DNA of 64,000 bases from NCBI RefSeq assembly GCF_009914755.1, contig NC_060935.1; one strand, 5' to 3'. Of this stretch, positions 13,341-26,031 are shown piece by piece. The notes beneath the pieces were generated by a model. That model did no database searches. It saw only the letters and a list, made by a program, of their open reading frames with translations, and had not been told where the DNA came from. Position 1 is the first letter of the stretch. Each line of letters begins with the position of its first letter. Origin of the DNA: the human T2T-CHM13v2.0 reference genome, Homo sapiens. The translations under genes and the position numbers were made by a program.

Positions 13341-15529
13341 AGTAAAGGCATTTTGAAAGGCTTATAAACCATATTAAGTGGATTTTCCAAAGTTATTTTG
13401 CCATGAAAGCAAATGGTCACTTTACCTTCAAAACATTTTGAGACAAAAAAAAAATAATATGTCCTTCCATTTGAACAGAAACACTAAGAAATCTTTTGCC
13501 TGCTTAGAAACTCCTGTCTAGACACATTACTCTTTCACAGGACAAAAATCTCTGTTTTGCTCCCTATCCAGGGCTGCAGTTAATTACATGAAGAGACAGA
13601 TGCTGAGCAGCCTTAAGGCTTTCTCTGCCACCGCAGCGAGGCTGAGCTCCACTCAACAAGCAGGTAGTGAGTGAAGACAAATGCTGTTTGACAAGGCAGC
13701 ATATACTACACACTGGCTTAGAAAACAGACAAACCACTCTGTGTTCCCAAGCAAAGACAGAGGAATATCAAGCAGATCTTTTCTGACAGAAATCATATCA
13801 CAGCCGCACTTCCAGACAAAGTCTGTGTGAATGAAATGATACACTTTCTGTTTCCTATCTTCCCCTTTAAAAGAAAGTGAGTATATCAAAGGTACATTGA
13901 AGGTGACAGCTCAGTGTAAGGTGGTTAGCAAGATTTATAAGCTTGGTTTCCCTTTGGAGATATTAAAGAATCAGCAACAGTTCATCCATTTGGATGCTGC
14001 AACTACTCCTCTTGATTCTAATGAATTTCCAGTGTCCTAAATATTGCAATGTAAATATGCTATGTTCAGTGAACGTGTCAAAATAGAAAATTAAAGTCAT
14101 GACTAATCTTTATTTCACAGGGGAAAACAGAAAATACTTTCCCAAAATTTACTAAACAACAATTAGCTGGAAAATTAGTTTCCCAAATGTAAACTCATGC
14201 TAGAATGTTACTTTTAGAAGCCACCTATGACTTACACATTAATAGGCACAGAATGGATATAAAAGTAAAAAATTTATCTTCAGGTAGTATAATTTGGGAG
14301 GGAAATAATGTTTTTATCCAATGCAGAAGTAATTGTGCCAATGCTTTTCTCATTAGATGTCAATGTGAATTTGAATGATTCCTATCAAAGCATAACCAAA
14401 GTATTTTAATATATTCTTTTTTAACATTTCTATATTCCACTGAGTTTGTAGAGGATACTTAAATATTATATCACAGGGACAATAAATCAAAAATTAAACT
14501 AATATGTAAGTTTTAACGTAACTGCTGTTTTTAGAAGTCAAGAAAGAGCCCTCCAATACACCCGCCTGCTGTGAGTCCAACTGTTGGATGGAAGACTAAC
14601 AATGATGATTCTCGAAGGGGCAGAGCTCAGGATAAGCTTTATGTAGAGAAAATCAACAGTTTAGGGAAAGCAGCAAGAAACAGACTCTCAAATTATGCTA
14701 TAATTTCTATTGCTGTAAGTAATCCTTCAGTTATTCCTCTAATTTTCTTACACACTACCTTCATTTTTACCCATACTGCTAAAGACCTGTGAATCAAAAG
14801 TCACACTGTAGATTTTTGAAAGAGAGATTCTGTTTTCTTACAGAAATTAGATTATAGTTGGGGAGCATATTTGTGACCAAACACTCTCATCAAATAAACC
14901 ACATGTCACCAAAATTATATCCTAAAAATTATAAGTGCTATAAATTTCTGTAACAATGTAGAATAGTAAAATAATCTCCCAGTTTTACACAATTATTAAC
15001 ATGCTACATACAAGAATCCCATTCAAAAGGCCATTAAGCTGTAAACTTTATGAAGTAAACTTGACCTAAAACTAATACACTGTTATAGAAATAAACCACC
15101 AATTTCATTCATCAGTAACATCATTTTTGAGTTTAGTCCTTTTTTCACATAATTTGGATGGCCACACATATCTTTAAATATATATATATATATATAATCT
15201 AGATTTCCATATATAGATTTCCATATATTACATAGATTTTCATATATTCCCTCTGTTTTCCCCATAACACTTTGTAAAGTTAATTGAATAATAAAAATCA
15301 TTCCAGAGTTCATAAATTCACAAGCTGCCACGAAGCACTTTAGTAGATGCTTAATATGATTGTTGTTGCAGACAGTGATGGAGCTATTTCCACCGAGGGA
15401 GTGGGGGAAGCATTTTAATAAATAAGAGCAGATGCAATACTTCTCCTGTTCATATTTCCTACCTCTATAATTTACTGCTGTGGTTCTCAACCTGAGTACC
15501 ACAAAGATAGCCATGGTAAGTACAAACAA

Positions 15530-16200
15530 ACACAGTGTGATGAGTGCTGAGATAGAAGCATGGGGAATGTGAAGCACATCATAGAAGAAACACCTAATAT
15601 AAACTTGGGGAGTCAGGGAAACATTCCAGGAGGAGGAGATACTATGACTGACCTCTAAGCAAGATCTTAAGGATAAGTAGGATTTAATGAAAATAAGGAG
15701 GAAAGATTTCTAGTCTAAGGCATTTTATGGGCAAGGCCTGGATGAATACATATAATATATCAGAGGAAATGAGAGAGGTGTAGTGTAGAGTGAAAACAAG
15801 AACATCTGGAAAGACAAATAGGATGGATCATAGGACCATTATAGCCCAGGTTAAGCAGTGTGATACCACTGAAGAACATTAAACAGGGAGGGACAGGATG
15901 GATTTTAGAAAGAGCACAATGTAGGAAATGTGTTAAGACTGAAGGAAGCGTAATCAATTAGAAGGCAAGAGGAATTTTCAAGAATTGGGTGAATCCAACA
16001 GTGTCCTACAAATTAGGTATGTTGACATGAGGAGATGGTACGAATGATGACGGCTAGGTTTCTGCTTGGGCAAGTGGTGGCTGGTGATGCTGTTCACTGA
16101 GAGAAGGAACTTTTGGAGGAATGACAATAAGGTCAGTTTTTGAAATGCTGAGATGGGGTTTCTGGGAAGATCCAAAAGGAGATATTCAATTACCTATTGA
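15530..16200 (-). mobile_element. L2 fragment
   Basis: gggagtcagggaaacattccaggaggagg, ggtttctgcttgggcaagtgg, ggtcagtttttgaaatgctgag. Confidence 0.7.
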
Positions 16201-16486
16201 ATAAAAATGTTTTTTCCCAAATTATTTCTGAGGAGGATATATAAGAACTACTCTTTAAATATTGAGGAAAACAACACATTTAGTTTTATGCACAAATGGA
16301 ACCAAAATTTGCCAAAAGTATTTTATTGTCAAATAGTGTACAAACACTTTTCAATTATTGGACAATTTATGTTCAATGTATAGGACAGTAAATTTATCTC
16401 CATTACAAGAAACTAATCCAGAATGTCTGAATCAAAAGCTGGCTTGCTGTCCCTCACAATTCACTGGAATGTAGCATTTAATGGCT

Positions 16487-16794
16487 GGCCAGGAGATGCA
16501 CGTCTATAATCCCAGCACTTTGGGAGGCCGAGGTGGGAGGATCATGAGGTCAGGAGATCGAGACCATCCTGGCTAACATGGTGAAACCCCGTCTCTACTA
16601 AACATACGAAAAAAAAAAAAAAATTAGCTGGGCGTGGAGGCAGGCTCCTGTAGTCCCAGCTACTCGGGAGGCTGAGGCAGGAGAATGGCATATCCCGGGA
16701 GGCGGAGCTTGCAGTGAGCCAAGATCGCGCCACTGCACTCCAGCCTGGGTGACAGAGTGACACTCTGTCTCAAAAAAAAAAAAAAAAAAAAAAA
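16487..16794 (+). mobile_element. AluY
   Basis: gagatcgagaccatcctggctaac, ggcggagcttgcagtgagcc, poly(A) tail. Confidence 0.95.
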
Positions 16795-17010
16795 TACAGT
16801 TAAGGTCAGACTGACGGGGTTCAAATTCCTGTGTTACCTCCCAACAGCAGTGTAACCATGGACAAGTTTCTTAATTTCCCTGTGCCTCGGTTCAGTTTCC
16901 CTATCTATAAAATCAGATAAAAATAATATCTACCTCATTGTGTTGCTCTGTGATTTAAAATAGATAAAATGTCTAAGTGTTAGAAGAACATTTAGTAAGA
17001 ATTGAATGTA
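16795..17010 (+). mobile_element. MIR
   Basis: gggttcaaattcct...ggacaagtttcttaatttccctgtgcctcggtt core. Confidence 0.8.
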
Positions 17011-17899
17011 TGATTGCTACTTTTCTAGAAACTATTAACATATGTAATTGGATGAATGTTCAGTTCTTCCTGAACCCACCACGCAGAAATTAAGAGTATT
17101 ATAATATATATTGTATTAGTGAACTGATATGATATTTTATATCTCTCTAACATAATTAAAAATTCAAAAGGTTGACTTGCTATTTCTGTTATTTACGTAT
17201 GTTACCTCTATTTTGGTCAATTTAACAACAAACTGAAACACAATGTTGTCCTCTACAATGAAATCTTCTCTGTTGCACATGTTCTCCTTTCTCATCACCA
17301 GTAAGTGCTCCACAAACCTGCACCAGTAACTGTATCGCATTGTTAGTCCACCAACAACAATGGCTGGTTTCCTCACACCTTTTGGACAACATGGTTAGCC
17401 CCAACACAATCCCATTGCAGCCCAGATCTTCTATGTTGCTTGCTAGATCACTTTCTGCTTTCTCTATTCCTTTGTTGGGGCCCAGGGCACAGCTGCAGTG
17501 AACCACAGAGCTCTACCCACCTGTCACACCACATATTCATAGGATCCAACTTTAGTGCAGCTCATGCTGCTCTAAGCAATCCTTTCAGCCATTTCCATTC
17601 ATTTCAATTCAACCTATTTCAACAAAACTACACTACTATATATGCAGAATGCTTTGCTATGAATTAAAGTATAAAATAACAAGACTAACCCCACTCTCAA
17701 AGAACCTATAGTATATCAAGGGGGTAAAATGCAAGTTGCAAACCTGGGATGAGAGAACTGGTATGGGATTCCATACCACTTTCTTCTCTCCTACAGATAG
17801 TCTCTTCAGCCTTCACCATCAGCCAATGACAGTTTATAGCTCACTGAAATCATGGCTCCTTGATATAAATACCTACAAAAACATTTTCTTCACCTCCAT

Positions 17900-18570
17900 A
17901 TATTTCTAGCTTCTCATAGTCTTTAACTTTTCCCTCCATTCTTTTTAAATTTTTGACTTTGACCCATGGAAGCTTCCTCCTTGACCAATATCTCCGACCC
18001 TTTCCTCTTTGCCTTCCAACAGGCATATAGCTCTTATTCCTGAAAAAAAAAAAAAAAAAAAAAAAAAACTTTTGGTCCTATTGACTACTCTTTATTTTCA
18101 CATAACCCATTTTACTGCCAAACCTTTCAGTGTTTCCATTTCAACCCTACATCTACAATCACTTTTCCACCCATACTCTCAGGCATCACTAATATATCCA
18201 TTATCAGTCTAGTCAATAGCTTTTGTCCTCTTCTTCTTCTCCTTGATGTTTCTATAGTTATGAATACAGATTCTCATTCAATTCTTTTTGAAACTCTCTC
18301 TGTAATTAGCTTGATGACACCACACAATAGTTGGGTCCTTTTACAGTCCTGCAAAGGTTACTTCCTGGTTGGTTTGTTTGCTACTTCCCTTTCCTCCTAA
18401 ATGTGGATTGCCTCCAAGGGTTAGTTGTAAGCCTTCAGTCTTCCCTTCCTATAGATTCCCATAGAGAACACATTCTTCTCCTGGCTTTCCTCTGGGTTGA
18501 TGACTGGTGAGTCCTTATCCCCAGGACTGTTCTCTCACCAAGTATCAGCTCATGGTCTGCAACAATCTAC
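17900..18570 (+). mobile_element. L2 fragment (pyrimidine-rich, decayed ORF2 region)
   Basis: ttgaaactctctctgtaattagcttgatgacaccacac and similar L2-like motifs. Confidence 0.55.
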
Positions 18571-18581
18571 TGAACAAACAA

Positions 18582-18805
18582 GAGGCTCTAGAAGCAGACT
18601 ACCTTAAACCATCTTCCTGCTCTGCCACTTACTAGCAGTGTATAACTGGAAATGTTGCTTAACCGCTCCATTCCTCAGTTTCCTCATCTTTAAATTGAAG
18701 AGAATAATATCTATCTCATAAGATGGCAGTGAGAATGTAATCAGATAATCCATGTAATTGACAATACTTTGTCTGGAGCGTAGTAAGCACCCAATAAATA
18801 TTCGC
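18582..18805 (+). mobile_element. MIR
   Basis: gctctgccacttactagc...cctcagtttcctcatct...tagtaagcacccaataaata. Confidence 0.85.
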
Positions 18806-19752
18806 TCTAACTAACAATAATGCAATTATACAACTCCAGTTTCAAAACTGTATAATTCTAAATAAAAATCAACCACATAAAATAACCTTCATGATCCAAT
18901 AAAGAGCTCTCTGAGATTATTGTCTTTTAAAATTATCTTATACCACTTGATTATGGTAGAAGAAAAAATATAAAATTCTCCCAGTCATTTAGGTTTAGAA
19001 TCTTAGCTTTACCTTTGACCAATGCTATTCTCCAGTATTCACATCTAGAAACTAAGTCTGGCCATTTTATTGTTAAATATTTCTCCTCTCTGTTCATTAT
19101 TCTTCATTCTCATGCCTGCCATGGTCAAATGTAGGCCTCAGATTCCTCATGGGTAACTCAGTAAGGCTGGAGTCCATAATATTTAAACAATTTCTAAAAT
19201 TCAATAATTCCTTGAAAGGTTGTAGTCATCCTGTTTAAAAATACATGTACCGTGTGCATAGGAAGAATAAAAAAGCCACATTATTAAGGAATTGAGATAT
19301 GGGACAAGAAAAGGAGTTTCTAGGAAATTAGAGAAAACACAGTGTTTCACTCATTGAGACTGTGAGATGAAGCAGGACCTCAGATAGTGACATCTAGAAC
19401 CCAACAACAAGGAACTTCATTCTAAGGTAAAGCACACTTGGAAGTAAGATTGCCTTGAAATGAGACCATTGAAGCATGATGAGTGAGGATTCCTAACATT
19501 TCCCTGTGTAGTAACTGGTCCGTCAGTCCTAACAGGATGAAGGGTGGTGAAACACTCCAACGCTGATATACTTGAGTCTACAATTTCAGAGGCAGAACAG
19601 TATGGTTGTAGGAGTGTCTGGCAGATAAGAGGTTAGGATGTCACTAAAGAGGAGAAAATGTCACTGAGAGGCTTGGGGCTGAATGGGTCATTTGTGTGCT
19701 CCTTCAAGTCACTTGGGATCATGGAAGAACTTCTGTTTAGGAGAAAATAGGC

Positions 19753-20052
19753 TTTTTTTTTCTTTTTTTTTGAGACGGAGTCTCACTGTGTCTCCCAGGC
19801 TGGAGTGTAGTGGTGTGATCTCGGCTCACTGCAACCTCCGCCTCCTGGGTTCAAGTGATTCTCGTGCCTCACCCTCTGAATAGCTGGGATTACAGGCGTC
19901 TGCCACCACACCCAGCTAATTTTTGTATTTTTAGTAGAGACAGGGTTTCAACATGTTGCCCAGGCTGGTCTTGAACCCCTGACCTCAAGTGATCTGCCTG
20001 CCTCAGCCTCCCAAAATGTTGGGATTACAGGTGTGAGCCACCGTGCCCAGCT
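19753..20052 (-). mobile_element. AluS (Sz/Sx-like)
   Basis: Full antisense dimer with poly(T); ctgacctcaagtgat. Confidence 0.95.
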
Positions 20053-21526
20053 ACCTCTAGTAGGCTTTTAATATGACAGTAGAGGAGTCATGATCTGGAA
20101 GTAGCAGAGAAAACCGGAAGTGCAGAGGGCACTAACTTCATCTCCTCTCCTAAGAGGGATGAACGCATCTCCTTTGCAATGGTTAAAAGCAAAGCAACAT
20201 CTTCAGGTCATGAAATAATTCACTAGAGAGAAAGAAGTACAAAGAAACTTTCAGGGGATAGGGAGGGGGGATTATGTGGATTAGGAAGTGGCAGTTGCAG
20301 AAGGCAAAACATAAAACCTTAGGAAGGAATAATAGAAGGAGAGTTTGGGTCAAGGAGGAAGTGCAGATAATTAAAGGGATGAGAAGTCTGAAAGAGATGT
20401 TCTTAGCAGCTTACAGTTTAGGGGCTGACACAAAGAAACAGAGTAAGAGGTAGGGTGGATTTAGTCCTAAAATATGGAGGGTAGTGAGAGTCTCTTAAAA
20501 ATTCACCAAGAGATGGAAAAGAGGGATGGAGCAAGTGGGCATGAGTGAGTCAGGAGCTCATCTGAAGCACCTGTCGCAATGCTGAGCCCAGGTTTCAGAG
20601 CTGCTACAGGTGTTTCAAATGTTTCTTTTTATTCGTTGTTATATCTCTCATGTGTAACAGTTTCTTGGGACCAGACATTCCGCCTCAGTTTCTTTTGTAA
20701 AACACATAGCACTTATCTCTACACGCACACACAAGAAAACATTAAAACAAACTACCTATTTTACAAAGACAACAGTTTTAGATTCAAGAAAACTGGGATG
20801 CTTGCAAACGGAAAGCAATGAGTTGCACTGCAGCCATCATGAACTGTATTGCCTGTCTTTATATGCAAGACTGATTCTACATGTTTTAAACTGGCAAGAG
20901 CAAAGGCATATTTTTCATTTATTGTAGAAAATAAAATAAATGAAAATAAAAATTTCATACCTAGTTGAAATGTTTTAAATGGCAAATTTTCAGTGACACA
21001 GGAAAAATAATCACAATGAAGGGGGACAATTAACACATGAGCACTCAAAGCACAGGCAATGAAAAAGCAAAGGTGGAAACGTCAAAAGTAATTACTCCCC
21101 TATTCAGGGTATATAGAAATAAAAAGACCACTACTGCAATAGTAGATTTCAGAAGTTAATATAGAATTCATGCCCAACAATGAGAATATATAACAAGACT
21201 TTAGTTTGTTTCAGGTGACATTATTTTCTTCAAAGAAAAAGGCTTTATGGAAACAAATTACAAATCCAAATAAATCAGAAATCAACCTTTATCCTGCCAA
21301 AAAGACTTATTTTATTTTTAAAATAAATAAGAACAACTGAAGGTATAATAGTTCATATCCAAGGTCATTCATTCTTCCTGCATATTTATAAATTTATTGA
21401 TAAGCTTAGAAGTCTGTTTCAAGTATCAATGGCCTCAAAGATATATTAGTTTTCTATTGCTACATAACAAATTATCACAAATTGAGTAGCTTGAAGCAAC
21501 ACACACAATTATTGTCTCACAGTTTC

Positions 21527-21571
<45 letters not shown>

Positions 21572-22294
21572 AGGTATTGGCTCATATGTCTATGGAGGCT
21601 GAGAAATCCCATGATCTTCATGGGAAGGCTGGTGGTGTAGTTACAGACCAAATTTGAGACCCTGAGAATCAGGAGTGCTGATGGTGTAAGTCCTAGTGTG
21701 ATGGCAGGAAAAGATTGCTGTTCCCACTCAACCAGTCAGGCAGGGTGCAAATTCCCCTCTCCTCTGCTTTTTGTTCTACTCAGGCCCTCAACCAATTGAA
21801 TGACATCCATCCACATTGGGGAGGTACATTAGTCCGTTTTCACACTGATATAAAGAATTGCCTGAGACGGTAATTTATAAAGGGAAGAGGTTTAATTGAC
21901 TCACAGTTCCACATTGCTGGGGAGGCCTCAGGAAACTTACAGTCATGGCAAAAGGCAAAAGAGAAGCAGGCACCTTCTTCACAAGGCGGCAGGACTGAGT
22001 GACTGACAAGCAAAGGGGGGAAAGCCCCTTATAAAACCATCAGATCCTGTGAGAACACATTCACTATCATGAGAACAGCATGATTCAATTACCTCCCACT
22101 GGGTCCCTTGCCCAACATGTGAGGATTATGGAAACTATAATTCAAGATGAGATTTGGGAGGGACACAGCCAACCCATATCATGACGGCACTCTGCTTCAC
22201 TCAGTCCACTGATTCAAATGCTAATCTCTTCTGGAAACACCCTGACAGATATCTTGTGACCCAGTCAAGGTGACATATACAATTAACCATCACA
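21527..22294 (-). mobile_element. MLT2B-like ERVL LTR, including (TG)n at 21529-21565
   Basis: tggaggctgagaaatcccatgatct...ccacattggggagg, then aatgctaatctcttctggaaacaccc...aattaaccatcaca. Confidence 0.8.
21825..22181 (-). mobile_element. THE1 (C/D-like) MaLR solo LTR
   Basis: aagaggtttaattgactcacagttccac...caagatgagatttgggagggacacagccaacccatatca. Confidence 0.9.
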
Positions 22295-23964
22295 AGTGTG
22301 AAGTCCAGGCACAGCCTGGCTGTCTTCTTGCTGAGTGTTTCACAAGGCAGCAATCAAGACGTCAGCTGGGCTGCATTTTCATCTGGAGGTTCAACTGGGA
22401 AGAATTCACTTCCAAGCTCCCTCAGGTTGTTAGGAGAACTCACTTCCCTGCAGCTGCATGACTGAGGACTTTGATTTCAAGATGCCACCTGCAGTTGCCC
22501 GCTATATGACCTCTCCGCAGGCAGTTCACATTATAGCAGTTTGCCCCTTTAAGGCCAGTAGGAAAGTGTCCCACTCTAGTTTGCTAGCACAGAGCCTCAA
22601 ATAATGTTATGTAATGATATGTAATGATGATATGCAACAGAATAACATCCCATCACCTTTGCCATTTTCTATTTGTTGGAAGCAAGTCACAGGATTTGTT
22701 CACACTGAAGGGAGGGCATTACACAGGGAACAAGAAGGTGACCTCATTAAAGGTCACTTTATGGTGTGTCTTTCACAAAAGATAAACTGACCTAACCAAA
22801 TTTCTAGTGAAAAATGTTTTTAATGAGAAATACTGTAAATGTATTCCATTTTTAAGTTTTAAATAATTTTTGTCTTGATAAATTCTCAAAAGCAATCTAT
22901 AAACATTTAATAGTATAAAACTTAAAATACATGAATATTAATTTGACCAGAATTTCTTGGAGTTATATTAAATTAGTTTTGTTTTTTGCTTTCATCATGA
23001 ATACCGTATAGATATTTAGAATATGTAAACTAATATTGAAATGTTTGTTATATTTTTTAAAAAACCTACTAAACAAATAAGTAGATCAATGGAAAATAAT
23101 GCACTCATGAATGTATGGAAATATGATATATGACAGAGGTGATGTTAAAAATTTAGTGAGGTAATAATGGACTCATCAATAAATAGTGCTGCAACAATTA
23201 ATTCAACATGCAAAAAAACTCCTCTGTACTTTTCTCTATAGTTGAAATATTGAGCAATTAAAAAAAATCTCTATCCCGTTATCTTAAACACACACACAAA
23301 AGTCTATTCCAGATTGATTAAAGACCTAAATGCATTAAGGCAAACTTCAAAGTATTTAAAAGACATTTAGCACAGTCATGAAAGAAAATATTCATAAATC
23401 TTACTAAATTTTTAAAAACCTGTTTAACAAAAGATACAAAAACAAGTTTTGGAGAAAATATTTGCAAAACATTCTAGGTTATCTAAAACATATAAACACT
23501 TCTAGCCAATAAGAAAAAGACAAGCAATAGAAAATGGGTAAAAGATATGGATATGCAATTCACCAAAAAGGAAGCCATCATGACCAATAACTGTGAAAAG
23601 ATGCTCTGCTTCACCAGTAGTCAGAGAAGGGCAAATGATAAATATTAATATTAACAATGAAGTACCATTTTAAATCCATCAAATTAGCAAAAGCCAAGTC
23701 TGACAACACATCATCCCCTACGCTATAGTAGAACCACTTTAGAGAGCTATGTAAAAATACAAATAAAGTTGAAAGTATGTGTGCGCTTTATTCATAGTAA
23801 TTCCACCTCCAGGCTAGAGAAACTCTTACACTCACACACCACAAGACATGTCAAGGAATATTCACTGAAGCACTATTTGTAAAATTATTCAGTAAGTAAA
23901 ACTAGTAATAAACATATAGTAAAATATTATGTGGTAACTAAAAGATAGATTTATATTTGTTATC

Positions 23965-24349
23965 TGATACGGTTTGGATTTGTGTCCCCGCCCAAATCTT
24001 ATGTCGAATTGTAATCCCCAGCGTTGGAGGAGGGGCCTGGTGGGAGGTGATTGGATTATGAGGATGGATTTCTCCCTTGCTGTTCTTGTGATACTGAGTG
24101 AGTTCTCACAAGATTTGGTTGTTTAAAAGTGTGTAGCACCTCCTCCTTCGCTCTCTCTTCCTCCTGCTCCAGCCGTGTAAGACATGCGTCTTCCTCTTCA
24201 CCTTCTGCCATGATTATAAGTTTCCTGAGGTCTCCCCAACCATGCTTCCCATACAGCCTGCAGAACCGTAAGCGAATTAAACTTCTTTTCTTTATAAATT
24301 ACTCAGTCTCAGGTATTTCTTTATGGCAGTGTAAGAACATTCTAATACA
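23965..24349 (+). mobile_element. MSTA MaLR solo LTR
   Basis: tgatacggtttggatttgtgtcccc...tttataaattactcagtctcaggtatttc...ctaataca; 5-bp TSD ttatc/ttatt. Confidence 0.92.
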
Positions 24350-24407
24350 TTATTATAGACAAATCTCAAAGCAAGTTGCCAGATGCAGTTGTGAAAAACT
24401 GAAAATA

Positions 24408-24727
24408 GGCTGGGTGCAGTGGCTTGCACCTGTAATTCCAGCACTTTGTAAAGCCAAGGTGAGAGAATCACTTGAGCCCAGGAGGAGTTAGAGACCAGCC
24501 TGGGTAACACAGTGAGACCTCATCTCTACAAAATATATATATTTTTAATTACCCAGGCATGGTGGTATGTGCCTGTAGTTCCAGCTACTCTGGAGGCTTA
24601 GGTGGGAGGATCACTGAGCCTGAGAGGTTGAGCCTGCAGTAAGCTGTGACTGTGCCATTGCATTCCGGCCTGGGTGATACAGCAAGACCCTGTCTCAACA
24701 AAAAAAAAAAAAAGAAAAGAAAAGAAA
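24408..24727 (+). mobile_element. AluJ
   Basis: Full dimer with J-type features; gaaaatag on both sides as likely TSD. Confidence 0.92.
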
Positions 24728-26031
24728 GAAAATAGAAAATCTCCACTAACAGGAAAGTAGATTTTTTAAATTGTGCTGTATTCATAAAATAAATGATATC
24801 CAGGAATTAAACTGAATTAGAGATCAATGTATAACCATAAGTAAATCTTAAAAACATGTCGACCAAGAAAAGCAAGAAACAAAATAGTATGTTAGCAGGA
24901 GATTATTTATATAAGGTTTGAAAACATGCAAAACCATGCTATATCTTGTTGACAGAACAATAATAAAAATATTAGTGAATAATAAACACTAATTCAGAAT
25001 ATAGGTAAACTCTGAAGAACGACTAAGGGAAATGTGATCAGGAAATGGTACACTGGGATTTCCAAATATAGCAGTGATTTTTAATTTCTAAAAAAACAAT
25101 GTAAAGCCAATATGTCAACACATTAAAACTCTATTAAAGCTGGTTAGTCAGTAATTGGTGTTCATTACAGTATTCTGCATTATTTTATGCTGGTTTGAAT
25201 ATCTGATTTTTTTAAACAACAAACCCACCAGATCTTTCTCCAGCATTGCTGTTTAATTCACTGTTTGTCCTTCTGTAAAATATCTTTCTAACATATTGTA
25301 TACCTCTTTCTTAATTTTATTTTTAGTATTGAAACTATTGAATAACCTTTTCTTTTCAAGAGCGCTCCACTGGAGATATTTAATATTCATAATAAAGACA
25401 TTATAAGTGGAGATTTTTTAATTTTAAGAAATTTTTATCAAATGACAAATTCCATAAGGAAGGGATTATTTCTTTTTGTTCTTGTCCTTTTGTCCCAGTG
25501 TAACGCAACATGTCTACACATGCATAATAAGTGCTCAGTAAATGTTGTTACACTCCTTAGAAAACAAAATCACTACTTCAGAACTTAAAAAGTACTCATT
25601 TCTTCATTGTTTCTAAAAACTATCTTAATTACTTTACCATAAAAAAGGGCTTAGTGATCTTTTTGCTCTTTCATATATACAGTAGATAATGTTCACAGGA
25701 ACGTAAGAGAATATTATTGAAAACAGTGGCAGGTCAATATGGTTTTAAAACTGTACAACAATCCCTTCACTGCTTATTTACACATAATAGAATATTTATT
25801 TAGGGAGGCCATACACACAATGAATATACATGTAAATTTATAATATAATTTCCATATTTTAATAGAATGGTATTAATGATGCTTTCATTTTTGTCTACAA
25901 GTAGCCTGAGAAAATGTCATCCAAACCAACTCCAAAGTTAATTCCAAAAGGGAAAGGTTTTTGGTGAGTCTGGTTTGAATGACACAAGAAACCATCAGGG
26001 CAGGAAATAGTCCAGGAGACACAACTACACT

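Larger units (their letters stand above)
21442..22777 (-). mobile_element. MLT1 (E/F-like) MaLR LTR split by nested MLT2 and THE1
   Basis: tatattagttttctattgct...tctcacagtttct at the left; resumes at 22295 (cacttccaagctc, gaagcaagtcacagg). Confidence 0.8.
23050..25200 (+). mobile_element. Old L1 (L1ME-type) ORF2-end and 3' UTR remnants with nested MSTA and AluJ
   Basis: caataaatagtgctg, gaaaagatgctctgcttcaccagtagtcagagaa motifs; highly diverged. Confidence 0.65.

Noticed and set aside
15200-15248. Three tagatttccatata-like units, and other short tandem duplications (11396, 36819, 51121, 59955)
   Set aside because: Ordinary slippage duplications with no spacers; not CRISPR-like
15083-15577. 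Longest ORF in the track (164 aa, minus strand)
   Set aside because: Starts in an L2 fragment and crosses a (TA)n tract and short tandem repeats; no recognisable domain
16542-16763. Alu-derived ORFs (also at 10016, 19683, 27007, 29690, 45912, 49485, 56404, 60724)
   Set aside because: Standard Alu translations, not genes
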